NCBI GenBank assembly: GCA_963714425.1
Contig: CAVQOI010000003.1
Location: forward strand, 8,062 to 72,061
Source of the DNA: an uncultured Chloroflexia bacterium
Lineage (GTDB): Bacteria; Chloroflexota; Anaerolineae; Anaerolineales; UBA4823
Direction of reading: 5' to 3'
Length of the DNA stretch: 64,000 nucleotides
Made by a program: the position numbers and the translations under genes. Below the pieces are notes generated by a model. It was given only the letters and a program-made list of their open reading frames with translations, ran no database searches and was not told the DNA's origin. Below are positions 45,063-55,025 of the stretch, piece after piece (within the stretch, counting starts at the first letter, position 1; every line of letters begins with the position of its first letter).

Positions 45063-46253
45063 ATGCCCAATCCAGCAGAGAGGATCCTGATCATCGAAGA
45101 TAAGCGCGAGATCAGCAACCTGATCGCACGGCAGGCGCTGCAACCTCTGGGCTACCGTGTGGAAACAAGCAGCAGTGTGCCAGCGGCAATCCAGGAAACG
45201 GCGCGCTATGGTCCTGATTTGATCATCGCCAGTTTGAGACTGCCGGGATTGAGCAGCAAAGACTTATTAGCAGCGCTTTCGTCCCAGGGGCTGGAAATTC
45301 CCATCATAGTGCTCTCCGAGGAGGGCACGGAAAATGATATTATCCAGGCCTTTCGCCTGGGGGCTGCAGATTTCATACAGTGGCCTGCGCGTGAAGCCGA
45401 GGTGGTCACAGCTGTGGAGCGCGTCCTTAAGCGCGTGCGGGCGCGCCGCGAGCGCGAAGCCCTCGCTCGCCAGCTGATGCAGACTAACCAGGAACTACAG
45501 CGCCGCGTGCGTGAGCTGACCACGCTCTCGGCCATTGGTAAAGCTGTGACCTCGATCAGTGATCACCAGAGCTTGTTCGAGCGCATCGTGTTTGGCGCTA
45601 CCTCTGTTGCTGAGGCAGATGCAGGCTGGCTGCTGTTGCGCCAGGACCAGCGGAGATCCTTTGTCCTTGGAGCCCAGCGGAACTTGCCAGAGAATATTGC
45701 TTCCAGGGTGGGGCAGCCCTGGAATGACGGTATTAGCTCGCTGGTGGCTGTCTCTGGAGAACCACTTTCCATCCATGGTGAACCAATCAAGCGCTTTAAA
45801 ATCTCGCGTTTGGGACTCTCTGCGCTGGTGATGCCAGTCAAAGCCAAGAACGATGTGGTGGGCTTGCTCACGGTACTCCGCCGGGAACCGCAACCCTTCG
45901 GACCAAACGCACAGATGCTCCTTGGGACAGTAACAGATTATGCTTCGATCTCTATTGTCAACGCCCACCTGTTCAAGGCGTTGCAAGAGCGGGCTCAGTC
46001 CTTGGAACAGGTCGCCGATATTGCTCGTGCAAAAGAACAGGAAATGGAGGAGCTGCTTGAGGGGGACGCAGCCGAGCTACAGAAATCAATGGACGCGCTG
46101 AACGCAATGCTAAATGATATGCTGGGCGGCGAAGGCGGAAGTCTAAAACCCGAACAGGAGATTCTGCTGAATTCAGTACAAGAAAACTTGACCAGTGTTT
46201 ATAATATCCTGGAGGAATGGCGCAATCATCGATGGGTAAAGAACAGATCTTAG
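45063..46253 (+). CDS. atypical (pseudo-)receiver domain + GAF domain protein
   Basis: The start is taken at MPNPAERILIIEDK. In the REC fold, the phospho-acceptor position reads PDLIIASLRLPG (Ser instead of Asp) and the conserved Lys position reads FIQWPA (Trp). A coiled-coil linker, a GAF-like domain and a helical C-terminus follow. Confidence 0.7.
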   Translation: MPNPAERILIIEDKREISNLIARQALQPLGYRVETSSSVPAAIQETARYGPDLIIASLRLPGLSSKDLLAALSSQGLEIPIIVLSEEGTENDIIQAFRLGAADFIQWPAREAEVVTAVERVLKRVRARREREALARQLMQTNQELQRRVRELTTLSAIGKAVTSISDHQSLFERIVFGATSVAEADAGWLLLRQDQRRSFVLGAQRNLPENIASRVGQPWNDGISSLVAVSGEPLSIHGEPIKRFKISRLGLSALVMPVKAKNDVVGLLTVLRREPQPFGPNAQMLLGTVTDYASISIVNAHLFKALQERAQSLEQVADIARAKEQEMEELLEGDAAELQKSMDALNAMLNDMLGGEGGSLKPEQEILLNSVQENLTSVYNILEEWRNHRWVKNRS

Positions 46254-48175
46254 TCTTTTTATCAGATCTCCATACAGGTCGCTCTCTCGAGCGTTCTGCT
46301 CTCCGTCCAGGCGGGTATGATGTAACCCTGGCACGAGATTTAGAATCATTCGAGAATGTGACTGCCGCGAGCACGCCTGACGTGGTCGTGCTTGGAGATG
46401 AGCTGCCCGGTAAAGGGGAAGGTCAGATACTGCGTGGTCTGGATCTGGCTGCAGGATTGCTCAAGCTGCACCCTGGGTTGTCGATTGTGCTGGTGGCGAG
46501 CAAGCCGTCGGACACACAGGCGGTTGAGGCGATGCGCATTGGTATCGTCGACTACCTCAAGCTGCCCCTGCAGACCGGTGATGCCCTGCAGGCGGTACAG
46601 CGGGCATTGCTGCGGCGTGAAGAGAGGGAAGCCTGGACGCGCCGTGAGGTCAACCGCAATACCAAGTCTTTACAGGATAGACTGAGCGGTCTGGAAACCC
46701 TGGTGAAGATCGGGCGAGCCGTAACCTCGTCCCTCGACCTGGATAGCATCCTTACTTCAGTCGTCGAAGCCGCGGTTGAGCTGACCGGCGCCGAAGAGGG
46801 CAGCCTGCTCCTGCTGGATGAGGCCACAGGCGAGCTGTATATGCGCGCCGCACGCAACTTCCGTGAAGACTTCGTACGCACCTTTCGACTCCCAGTCGAG
46901 GATACACTGGCGGGTGAGGTAATGACCACCGGCAAGCCGGTCATCCTGGATGAGCAATCGCCCACTAAAATCAAGACCACATACCTGGTGCACAACCTGG
47001 TGTACGTGCCAATGCTTCTGGCGGAACAGCCTATTGGCGTGTTGGGTATCGACAATCGCAGCAGTGGACGCCCTTTCAGCGAGTACCACATCGGGCTGGT
47101 CTCTGCCCTGGCAGGTTATGCCGCCATCGCTATCCAGAATGCCCGCTTGTATGAGCGTTCCGAGATTGAGCGCAACAAGCTAGAAACGCTGCTCAGGCGC
47201 ATAGCAGATGGGATTATTGTGGTGGACCAGGAGGGGCGCATCATGCTGGTCAACCAGACTGTCCGTCAAATCTTCAACATCCAGGATGAGCAGCCGACCG
47301 GCAAGCGCGTGAGCGATGTGATCCGCTCCCAAGATTTGTTAGACCTCCTGGACAAGCGGCGCGCCAGCGCGCCCTTCCGCAGCGAGATTGGACTGGAGGA
47401 TGGGAGGGTATTCAACGCCCAGGTGACGCCCATTCCAGAGGTGGGTTTGGCGGTGATCCTGCAAGAGATCACGCACCTGAAGGAGCTTGACCGGATCAAG
47501 AGCGATTTCGTCAGCACCGTCTCGCATGACCTTCGCTCGCCTCTGACCGCGATCCTGGGCTATATCGAGCTGATCGAGCGCGTGGGACCCACCAACAAGC
47601 AGCAGAAGGAGTTTATCCAGCGCGTTGAGCTGAGCGTACAGAACATCACCGCGCTCATAAACGACCTGCTGGACTTGGGCCGCATCGAGGCCGGGTTTGA
47701 CGCACGCAATGAAATCGTGCCACTCACCCCACTGGTGCAGGTGACCCTGGACGGGCTGAAACCTAATCTGGCGGAAAAGTCGCAAAAGCTGGAGTTAGAC
47801 CTGCCAGAGCGCCTGCCGCCGCTGTTGGGTAACCCGGTGCGCCTGCGCCAGATGCTGGTGAACCTGGTCGGCAACGCCCAAAAGTACACTCAGCCAGGAG
47901 GCGAGATACGCGTGCTCGCTAGGGTTGAGGGAGAGCAGGTGATTTTGCAGGTAAGCGATGACGGGCCCGGCATCCCGCTGGCGGATCAGCCTTACATCTT
48001 CGATAAATTCTACCGTGCCAGCAACATCCCGCCCGATGTGCACGGCACAGGCCTGGGGCTAGCGATTGTCAAGTCCATCGTGGAGACCCATCAAGGTCGT
48101 ATCTGGGTGGATTCGCTCCCGGGGCACGGCTCGCACTTCACCGTCGTACTGCCAGCCGTGGATCAGGAGCTTTAG
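46232..48175 (+). CDS. sensor histidine kinase: degenerate REC - GAF - PAS - HisKA - HATPase_c
   Basis: H-box VSHDLRSPLTAI, N-box NLVGNAQKYT, and G-boxes DDGPGI and GTGLGLAIV. The N-terminal REC-like fold has PDVVVLGDELPG. Start is 46217 or 46232. Confidence 0.85.
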   Translation: MGKEQILVFLSDLHTGRSLERSALRPGGYDVTLARDLESFENVTAASTPDVVVLGDELPGKGEGQILRGLDLAAGLLKLHPGLSIVLVASKPSDTQAVEAMRIGIVDYLKLPLQTGDALQAVQRALLRREEREAWTRREVNRNTKSLQDRLSGLETLVKIGRAVTSSLDLDSILTSVVEAAVELTGAEEGSLLLLDEATGELYMRAARNFREDFVRTFRLPVEDTLAGEVMTTGKPVILDEQSPTKIKTTYLVHNLVYVPMLLAEQPIGVLGIDNRSSGRPFSEYHIGLVSALAGYAAIAIQNARLYERSEIERNKLETLLRRIADGIIVVDQEGRIMLVNQTVRQIFNIQDEQPTGKRVSDVIRSQDLLDLLDKRRASAPFRSEIGLEDGRVFNAQVTPIPEVGLAVILQEITHLKELDRIKSDFVSTVSHDLRSPLTAILGYIELIERVGPTNKQQKEFIQRVELSVQNITALINDLLDLGRIEAGFDARNEIVPLTPLVQVTLDGLKPNLAEKSQKLELDLPERLPPLLGNPVRLRQMLVNLVGNAQKYTQPGGEIRVLARVEGEQVILQVSDDGPGIPLADQPYIFDKFYRASNIPPDVHGTGLGLAIVKSIVETHQGRIWVDSLPGHGSHFTVVLPAVDQEL

Positions 48176-48182
48176 TTTCAGG

Positions 48183-48836
48183 TTACCCCATCTTCACCAC
48201 GATATCTGACAGCACGTTCGCGGCGTCATCGCCGCGGTCTGCAGCATTGCTCAGGTGGCGATATGTCTCACGCAGCTTGAGCATCTCGATGATGTGCTCG
48301 GCGTCTTTGGGCTGCATGAATAGATCCGCCAGTGCTTCACGGTACAAAGTCTCCACCTGATTTTCGAGCTGCTTGGCGCGCACTGCGTGAGTTTGCGTCA
48401 CGCCGGGGTGGTCTGCCAAGCGCTGCACACCCAGGTGCACATGGTTGGCGGCCTTCGCCAACAGGGCGCCGATTTCGCGGATGCGGGGGGTAGGCTCGAC
48501 ATCCAGGATGGACATCTCCATCACGGTGGTGTAGGCGTAGTCGAGCATATCGTCAATGGCGCGCGACAGCGAGTGGATATCCTCGCGGTCGATGGGGGTG
48601 ACGAAAGTTCGGTTCAGCTCATCGATCAAGATACGGCGGATTTCATCGGCAGCCGACTCGAGCTTATCCACCATGTCAGCACGGCGCTTGGTAGGCTTCT
48701 CGAAGTAAGCCACCAGAGCCTCCAGGCCTTCTTCAGTAATCTGTGCCTGCTGGGTGAGCAGCTCGATAAACCGGTTGGGTCTGCGCTTGAAGAGTGAGCG
48801 CAGACTGATTTTCTTCCACCAGGGTTTTGGGTCCAT
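48183..48836 (-). CDS. DUF47 family (PhoU-like, Pit accessory) protein
   Basis: The pattern ...E.EADEI.R.....L...F.TPIDREDI..L....DD..D is present. It sits immediately downstream of the PiT gene. Confidence 0.85.
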   Translation of the reverse strand: MDPKPWWKKISLRSLFKRRPNRFIELLTQQAQITEEGLEALVAYFEKPTKRRADMVDKLESAADEIRRILIDELNRTFVTPIDREDIHSLSRAIDDMLDYAYTTVMEMSILDVEPTPRIREIGALLAKAANHVHLGVQRLADHPGVTQTHAVRAKQLENQVETLYREALADLFMQPKDAEHIIEMLKLRETYRHLSNAADRGDDAANVLSDIVVKMG

Positions 48837-48852
48837 TATGTAGAGTAACCTT

Positions 48853-49836
48853 TCACATAATACGGCGCAATATCAAGAAGCAGATCGCGCCTAGTATGCC
48901 GGTTGTAGGGATGGTCAGGATCCAGGCAATGACGATCTGTGTGGCAGTTCCCCAGCGCACCATACGAACACGGTGAGCCGCGCCTGCTCCCACAATTGTC
49001 GAGCTGATTACCTGTGTCGTGCTCACCGGAGCGCCCAGGATCGCCGCGCCTAAGATAACCACAGTACTGGCGACCTGGGAAGAGAGAGCATGGATTGCGC
49101 GGATGCGGTAAAAGCCTGCGCCAATGGTGCGGATTAGCCGCCAGCCGCCGAATACAGTGCCCAGAGCGATTGCCGCCGCGCTGGCAGCGATCACCCACAA
49201 AGGCACCTGGAAAGTTGGCAGAATCCCAAATGCCACCAAACCCATGGCGATGATGCCCATTGTCTTCTGGGCGTCGTTGGTGCCGTGGCTCAATCCCAGA
49301 GTCAATGCTGTCAGCCACTGGGCGCGCCGGAAAAATATATTAATGGATGGTGGCGAATGCGACCCAATGAACAGGCTCTGGCGCATGATGAACCACCCGA
49401 AGATCAGCCCAATCACCGGGGAGATGAACAGCCCCAGGCCGACTTTGATCATTCCCTCCAGGTGAATAATCTCCAGCCCGAAGCCGGTGATCGCAGCGCC
49501 GACGAAGCCGCCGATCAAGGCGTGTGAGGAGCTGGAAGGGATGCCCAACCACCACGTGAGCACGTTCCAGAAGATGGCTGAGATGAGCGCCGCCAGCGCC
49601 ACCGGGATGGTAACTGCCTCAGCGTACACCACCTCGTTTCCGATCGTATTGGCGACCGCCACTCCAAAGAGGAATGGACCGACGAAGTTCGCCAGGGCGG
49701 TCATGCCCAACGCCCAGCGGGGTGAGATGGCGCGTGAGGCGATGGCGGTGGCCACCACATTGGCGCTGTCGTGGAAGCCGTTGAGGAAGTCAAAGAGCAG
49801 GGCAACGGCGACGAATGTTACGACGAGAGGGTTCAT
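48853..49836 (-). CDS. inorganic phosphate transporter, PiT family
   Basis: The duplicated signature NGFHDSANVVAT / HGTNDAQKTMG is present. About 10 TM segments. Confidence 0.9.
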   Translation of the reverse strand: MNPLVVTFVAVALLFDFLNGFHDSANVVATAIASRAISPRWALGMTALANFVGPFLFGVAVANTIGNEVVYAEAVTIPVALAALISAIFWNVLTWWLGIPSSSSHALIGGFVGAAITGFGLEIIHLEGMIKVGLGLFISPVIGLIFGWFIMRQSLFIGSHSPPSINIFFRRAQWLTALTLGLSHGTNDAQKTMGIIAMGLVAFGILPTFQVPLWVIAASAAAIALGTVFGGWRLIRTIGAGFYRIRAIHALSSQVASTVVILGAAILGAPVSTTQVISSTIVGAGAAHRVRMVRWGTATQIVIAWILTIPTTGILGAICFLILRRIM

Positions 49837-49857
49837 CTGAAGGTATATTATATCGGG

Positions 49858-50703
49858 TCAAGCCACTGGCGCAGCTTTCATGGTTGTTGGGATAGGTATG
49901 CCGAGCAGGTTGCAGATCGTAGGCGCGATCTGTAGCTGCGATAGGGTGACACCGCTGTCGCCCTTTCCGGTGAGCTCGGGGCGGATGACATACAGGGGCA
50001 CCTCTCGCACATCGGGGGTAGTGCCGCCGTGCGAGCGATCCGCGCTGATTCCATGGTCACCGGTGACCAGGACAGTGTAACCGCCAGTTAACCACTCGAC
50101 AAGCTGCGCAGATAGGAACATATCCTGGTGGATAGCGTGGTTGCGGTACTCCGGCGAATCGGCGCCGTAGATCCCGCCGGTGTAATCCAAGCCCATGGGG
50201 TGCAGCAGCAGGTAATCGGGTTGGAAACGACGAACTAGCATGGCAGCTGTGTGCAGGGACTCCAAGTCGGGATAAGCGTCCTGGGTGTAGAAACGCCCGT
50301 GTTGGATAGGCAGGGAAGGGTCGTCTACTTCCCTGTCCTCTACCGGGTCGTAGGGGGCACGGTTGTACAGCTCAGAGAACCAGTAGTAGGCGGCCGCGGC
50401 GGTAGTCTTGCCGGCGCTCTGGGCAAGCTCGAACAGGTTGGGTTGGGACGAGCGTCGCACGACTAAGTTGGAGACCACGCCGTGCTGGCTGGAGGGCAGC
50501 CCAGTGTGGATCGTTTCATACATCGGGCGCGACATACTGGGCAGCTCACCGGTCACCTTGAAAAGGCTGGCCTGGCGAGTCTCCACCAGGTGACCCAAGT
50601 AACCCATAGATGCGACGGCGGTATCGTATCGTAGCGCGTCGGAGAGGATTAGGATGACTTTAGGCAATAGGGGGTCCCAATGGGTTCTTAATGCGAAGGG
50701 CAC
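49858..50703 (-). CDS. alkaline-phosphatase-superfamily enzyme, nucleotide pyrophosphatase/phosphodiesterase (NPP)-like, short form
   Basis: ILILSDALRYD (metal Asp), PSMSRPMYETIHTGLPSSQHG (nucleophile region, Ser in the Thr position) and VTGDHG. 281 aa. Confidence 0.7.
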   Translation of the reverse strand: MPFALRTHWDPLLPKVILILSDALRYDTAVASMGYLGHLVETRQASLFKVTGELPSMSRPMYETIHTGLPSSQHGVVSNLVVRRSSQPNLFELAQSAGKTTAAAAYYWFSELYNRAPYDPVEDREVDDPSLPIQHGRFYTQDAYPDLESLHTAAMLVRRFQPDYLLLHPMGLDYTGGIYGADSPEYRNHAIHQDMFLSAQLVEWLTGGYTVLVTGDHGISADRSHGGTTPDVREVPLYVIRPELTGKGDSGVTLSQLQIAPTICNLLGIPIPTTMKAAPVA

Positions 50704-50800
50704 CAGGTAGCATCATGATTATCCCTTGTGCCCTCTTGCATAAATTATTGGCGCCAGACCGCCCGGCGATAATACAGCGGTTGAGCAGCCCATCGCCTGT

Positions 50801-51880
50801 TCACGCCGTAGAAATCTTCTCCTGGTTCAGGATCAGCACCGCCTCACGCGAGCAGGTGATCTGAACCTTATCCCCTATTCTGGGAAGTTCCAGGTATGGA
50901 TTATTAAACGTGTCCATGTGGAAGGTCGCATTACCAAAGCTTACCTGGATGCGCACAATCGAGCCCAAGAAAGTGATGTTTTCTATGGTGCATTCGATCA
51001 GGTTAGCCTTCTTGCCTTCCGATGCAAAGCTCAGCCGCTCAGGGCGGATTGCGATCATCACCCGGCTGCCAGCCTGGCGGTCAGCCAGGTTTCCTGCCGT
51101 CTGAAGGTTTTGTCCTTCGATGCGCAGCAAACTGCCGGCTGGATCGGTCACCTCAGCAGATACGGCATTCAACGTGCCAACGAACTGGGCGACGAATTCT
51201 GTCTTGGGGAAGTTATAGATCTCAAAGGGAGGTCCCACCTGTTCCATGCGTCCGGCGTTCATCACCACCACGCGGTCGGAGAGCGACAGGGCTTCCTCCT
51301 GATCGTGGGTGACGTAAATGGCAGTAATGCCCAGCTTCTGCTGGATGGCACGGATCTCAGAGCGCAGCGAGACGCGGATCTTGGCGTCCAGGGCAGAGAG
51401 AGGCTCGTCGAGTAAGAGAACCTCGGGGCTGAGCGCCAGGGCGCGTGCCAGGGCAACCCGCTGCTGCTGCCCGCCGGAGAGCTGGTGGGGATAGCGCTTG
51501 CCGAAACCGCCCATGGCAATCAAGTCCAGCATCTCGTCTACACGTTTCTTGATTTCCTCCGGCGTTTTCTTGGCGATCTTGAGGCCGAAGCCGATGTTGC
51601 CCCCTACCGTCATGTTGGGGAACAGGGCATATGCCTGGAAGACCATCCCCACATCGCGCTGGTTGGGGGGTCTGTCAGTAATATTTTCCCCGTCCATAAT
51701 GATCGTGCCGGCGGTGGGCGCCTCGAAGCCACCCACCATGCGCAAAGTGGTGGTCTTGCCGCAGCCACTGGGACCAAGGAAGGAAACCAGCTCGCCTTTT
51801 TGAATATCCAGGTTGAAATCCAGCACGGCTTCAGTCTTGCCGAATGTCTTGTTGAGATTGTGCAGTTCTAAGAATGCCAT
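50801..51880 (-). CDS. ABC transporter ATP-binding protein (PotA/CysA-type with a TOBE-like C-terminus)
   Basis: GPSGCGKTT, LSGGQQQRVALARAL and LLLDEP. Confidence 0.9.
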   Translation of the reverse strand: MAFLELHNLNKTFGKTEAVLDFNLDIQKGELVSFLGPSGCGKTTTLRMVGGFEAPTAGTIIMDGENITDRPPNQRDVGMVFQAYALFPNMTVGGNIGFGLKIAKKTPEEIKKRVDEMLDLIAMGGFGKRYPHQLSGGQQQRVALARALALSPEVLLLDEPLSALDAKIRVSLRSEIRAIQQKLGITAIYVTHDQEEALSLSDRVVVMNAGRMEQVGPPFEIYNFPKTEFVAQFVGTLNAVSAEVTDPAGSLLRIEGQNLQTAGNLADRQAGSRVMIAIRPERLSFASEGKKANLIECTIENITFLGSIVRIQVSFGNATFHMDTFNNPYLELPRIGDKVQITCSREAVLILNQEKISTA

Positions 51881-51895
51881 AATGACCTCTGTTTG

Positions 51896-52684
51896 TTAGT
51901 GAGCTCCAGCCACTTGCTGGCCAGGAGCGCCGCGCCCGATCCACTGCAGGATGCCGATCGAAATCCAGGTCATCATAAAACTGATGACTGACAATGCCTG
52001 GGGTACGTAGGCGCGCATGGAGCCCATCTCCTCGATATATGGGCCGAAGGCGGGCCACGCCAGCAGAGAAGCGAAGGTAAATTCGCCCATGACAATGGCA
52101 AAGGTAAGGAAGACCCCACTCAAGATCGCCACGCGCAGGTTGGGGAAGATCACTTGAAAGAGGATGATCCGCCAGCCGGCGCCCAGGCTAAGGGCTGCCT
52201 CGGTCAGCGTGCGCACATCGATGGCGCGCAGCCCGGTATCGACTGCCCGGAACATATAGGGCAGTGATAGGACGACGTATCCCGCGATCAATAAGGTCGG
52301 GCTGCCGATCAAGAGAATGGGTGGCCTCCCGTAAAGCTTGATCATGCCGAATGTAAGCACCACTGCTGGCACCACGAAGGGCATCAGCGTGACGAACTCC
52401 ACCACCGGTCGCAGCCGCGGCATGCGCCAGTGCACCCAATAGGCGGTGGGCACCACTAACAGTGAGCTGATAACGATGGTGGTGATGGCCCACATCAACG
52501 AGTAACCGAAGTTTTGATAGAACTTCGGATCGCTGAAGGCGACGCGATACGCCTCAAAGGTATACCGGTCTTTAATCATGGTCAGGCTGAAAATGAAGGT
52601 GGATACGAGCGGCAGGAAGAAATAAATGATCCCAATGATGAAGATGATCCAGGCCCAAATATTGGTTCGCTTCATCGCAACCAC
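51896..52684 (-). CDS. ABC transporter permease
   Basis: 262 aa with 6 TM segments. EAA-like loop TEAALSLGAGWRIILFQVIFPNL. Confidence 0.85.
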   Translation of the reverse strand: MVAMKRTNIWAWIIFIIGIIYFFLPLVSTFIFSLTMIKDRYTFEAYRVAFSDPKFYQNFGYSLMWAITTIVISSLLVVPTAYWVHWRMPRLRPVVEFVTLMPFVVPAVVLTFGMIKLYGRPPILLIGSPTLLIAGYVVLSLPYMFRAVDTGLRAIDVRTLTEAALSLGAGWRIILFQVIFPNLRVAILSGVFLTFAIVMGEFTFASLLAWPAFGPYIEEMGSMRAYVPQALSVISFMMTWISIGILQWIGRGAPGQQVAGAH

Positions 52685-53583
52685 CTCGCGGCTCTGCGCT
52701 GTAACACGGTGTAACCCAGCATACTGGAAGACATGATGACGATCATGCCTAATGCCAGGGCGTTGCCCAGCCCCGGATTATAGAGCACATCCCCCTGGAT
52801 TTGGGCGCCGATCAAGATCGTGACCAGGTTTATGAAGCTGCCCGAGAAGGCGTAGGCAGTGGCGTAGGCGCCGAAGGCGTTTCCGAACAGCAGGATGGAT
52901 GTGCCCAGAAGGGATGGCAGCAAGATGGGCAAGGCGATATAGCGCCAGTAATGGTATGAGGAGCCGCCCAGGTTTTCACAGGCTTCCTTCCACTCTCTAC
53001 GCAGGCCGTCCAGCGCGGGAGCCATGATCAGCACCATGAGGGGGAATTGGAAGTACATGTAGACGATGCTCAACCCTACCATGTTGTAGATGCTGAAGCC
53101 CATCTGGCGCAGGTCCAGGTTGAAGATCAACTCAATCGTGCGCGTAACCAGGCCGGCGTTGCCCATGGTGGCTACGAAAGCAAAAGCCAGGGGCACGCCC
53201 GCGAAGTTGGAAGCCACGCCCGAGAAAGTTAATAAGAATGTCCGCAGGTTGCTGGGCAGTCCACCCAGGACGACGGCGTAAGCCAGCAAGAAGCCGAAAA
53301 GTGCTCCACCCGTGGCGGTGATGGCGCTGATGGACAGGCTGGTCTTATAGGCGTTGATGATGTCCCTGACGGTGAACAGGGCGATGATATTTTCGAATGT
53401 AAAATCACCCGCACGAGTCTGGAAACTGCGGAGGAAAATCGATACCGAAGGCAAGAAGAGGAAAAGAATGGCAAACAAAAAGAAAGGAGCCACTCCCAGC
53501 CAGCCCCAGTTGACCGTTCGGGTTGGGGGACGCGCTTTTGGCGCGTCCCCGTTGCTCTTGGATTGTCTGGTTATACCGGTCAC
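52672..53583 (-). CDS. ABC transporter permease
   Basis: 303 aa with 6 TM segments. EAA-like loop KEACENLGGSSYHYWRYIALPIL. Overlaps the next permease by 13 nt. Confidence 0.85.
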   Translation of the reverse strand: MTGITRQSKSNGDAPKARPPTRTVNWGWLGVAPFFLFAILFLFLPSVSIFLRSFQTRAGDFTFENIIALFTVRDIINAYKTSLSISAITATGGALFGFLLAYAVVLGGLPSNLRTFLLTFSGVASNFAGVPLAFAFVATMGNAGLVTRTIELIFNLDLRQMGFSIYNMVGLSIVYMYFQFPLMVLIMAPALDGLRREWKEACENLGGSSYHYWRYIALPILLPSLLGTSILLFGNAFGAYATAYAFSGSFINLVTILIGAQIQGDVLYNPGLGNALALGMIVIMSSSMLGYTVLQRRAARWLR

Positions 53584-53601
53584 GATAGGCGCCTCCGGTT
53601 C

Positions 53602-54761
53602 TTATTCGCCGTAAACGACCTTGCGCCAGTTGTCGGTAATGTACTTGTTAGCGACCTGGAGCTGGTCAACAGTCAGGAAAGTTGCCTTCTCGTAAGCTTC
53701 GGCAGGTGGCAGCTTGTCCAGCATCTCTTGCGGGACGACGCCGCGCTTGACCATATCGTTGAAGCGGATCGGGTGGGCGTAACCCTTAAGGTACAGGTTC
53801 TGACCTTCATCGCTCATGACGAACTCCCACCACAGTCGGGCTGCGTAGGGGTGCGGGGCGTAGGCGCTGATGCCGCCGGCGTAGGGGCCAGCGACCACGC
53901 CGCTGTTCGGCACGATGATCTCGAGATCGGGGTTGCCCGCCAGGGCGTCCCGGTTAGCCAGGGCTAGGTAATCCCATTCCATGGTGACTAACGTCTCGCG
54001 GGCGGCAATGCGTCCCTGGTCGGAGATTACCGGGATGAAGTTGCCGGAGTCGACCATCTCTTTCCAGAACTGCAGGCCAGCCTCTGGCGCTTTTTCAATG
54101 TCCCCCCCGGTGCGGGCAAGCCCGGATGCCATAACGGTCTGAACCGATTGGTTGGACTTGAGCACGTCGCCAGCCATGGCGACCTTGCCTTTGAACTCAG
54201 GCTTGAGCAGGTCTTCCCAGTCTTTCGGGGAGTCGACAATGTCGGGCTTTACCACCTCGAAGACTAGCACGCCGTAGTACTCAGCCCACCAGAAACCATC
54301 CGGATTCTTCATCTCGATGGTATCCCAGGTCGGCAACCTTGTACTTGGCGAGCAAGCCATCGGTCATGGCAGTCTGCGGTGTGACCTACACCAATGTCGA
54401 TCACATCCGGAGCCTGCGGGCCTTTGCTATCCTTGTTGGCGCGGATGGCTTCCAGCTCGTCTGCTGAACCGGCATCTGGGTTCAGCTCGTTGATTGTCAG
54501 TCCGTACTTGGTCTTGAAGGTCTCGATAATCTCGCCGTAGTTAGCCCAGTCGTGCGGCAGGGCGATGGTGGTCAGCTGGCCTTCGCTCTTGGCTGCTGCG
54601 ATCAGCTCCTCAAGTGGGATGCTGTTGCCGCTGGTCAGGTCGGGCAGTGCCGCCCCTTCGGGTGCAGCAGGTCCGCCGCAAGCGGCGAGAAGCGATGCGC
54701 CACCGGCAAGGGCGCCCATTTTCAAGAACTGGCGTCGGCTGAGTTGTGAGTCCTGAGACAT
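53602..54761 (-). pseudogene. ABC transporter substrate-binding lipoprotein (Tat signal), reading frame broken by two 1-nt insertions
   Basis: SRRQFLKMGALAGGASLLAACGG gives a Tat motif plus lipobox. Three frames must be joined: ...DVIDIGVG (frame a), TPQTAMTDGLLAKYKVA (frame b), TWDTIEMKNPDGFWW... (frame c). The shifts lie near 54383-54389 and 54330-54333. Confidence 0.8.
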
Positions 54762-54974
54762 CTAATCCTCCTTCACTGGATTTTAAAGATAGTGTAGCTT
54801 GCTAAACGCTATTCTGGTACATCAGCTTTGTATATGCTCGAGACACCTCCTGAAGGGCTTGCAATCTTTACAAGAAGCGCGCAGTAGGGGGAGCGCGCTC
54901 ACCGATCATTGTAGCATTGTTAGGGGTCAGCGTCAATTTATTCTGGTGTGTCGTTTTCGTGGGCTTGACACCTG

Positions 54975-55003
54975 GTGGTTCAGCTTTTCAACAGCTGAAC
55001 CAC
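54975..55003. other. intercistronic hairpin 23 nt downstream of the APC permease stop
   Basis: gtggttcagct tttcaac agctgaaccac is a perfect 11-bp stem. There is no clear U-tract on the minus strand. Confidence 0.4.
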
Positions 55004-55025
55004 TAGAATGCTTGAGCCACAGTCA

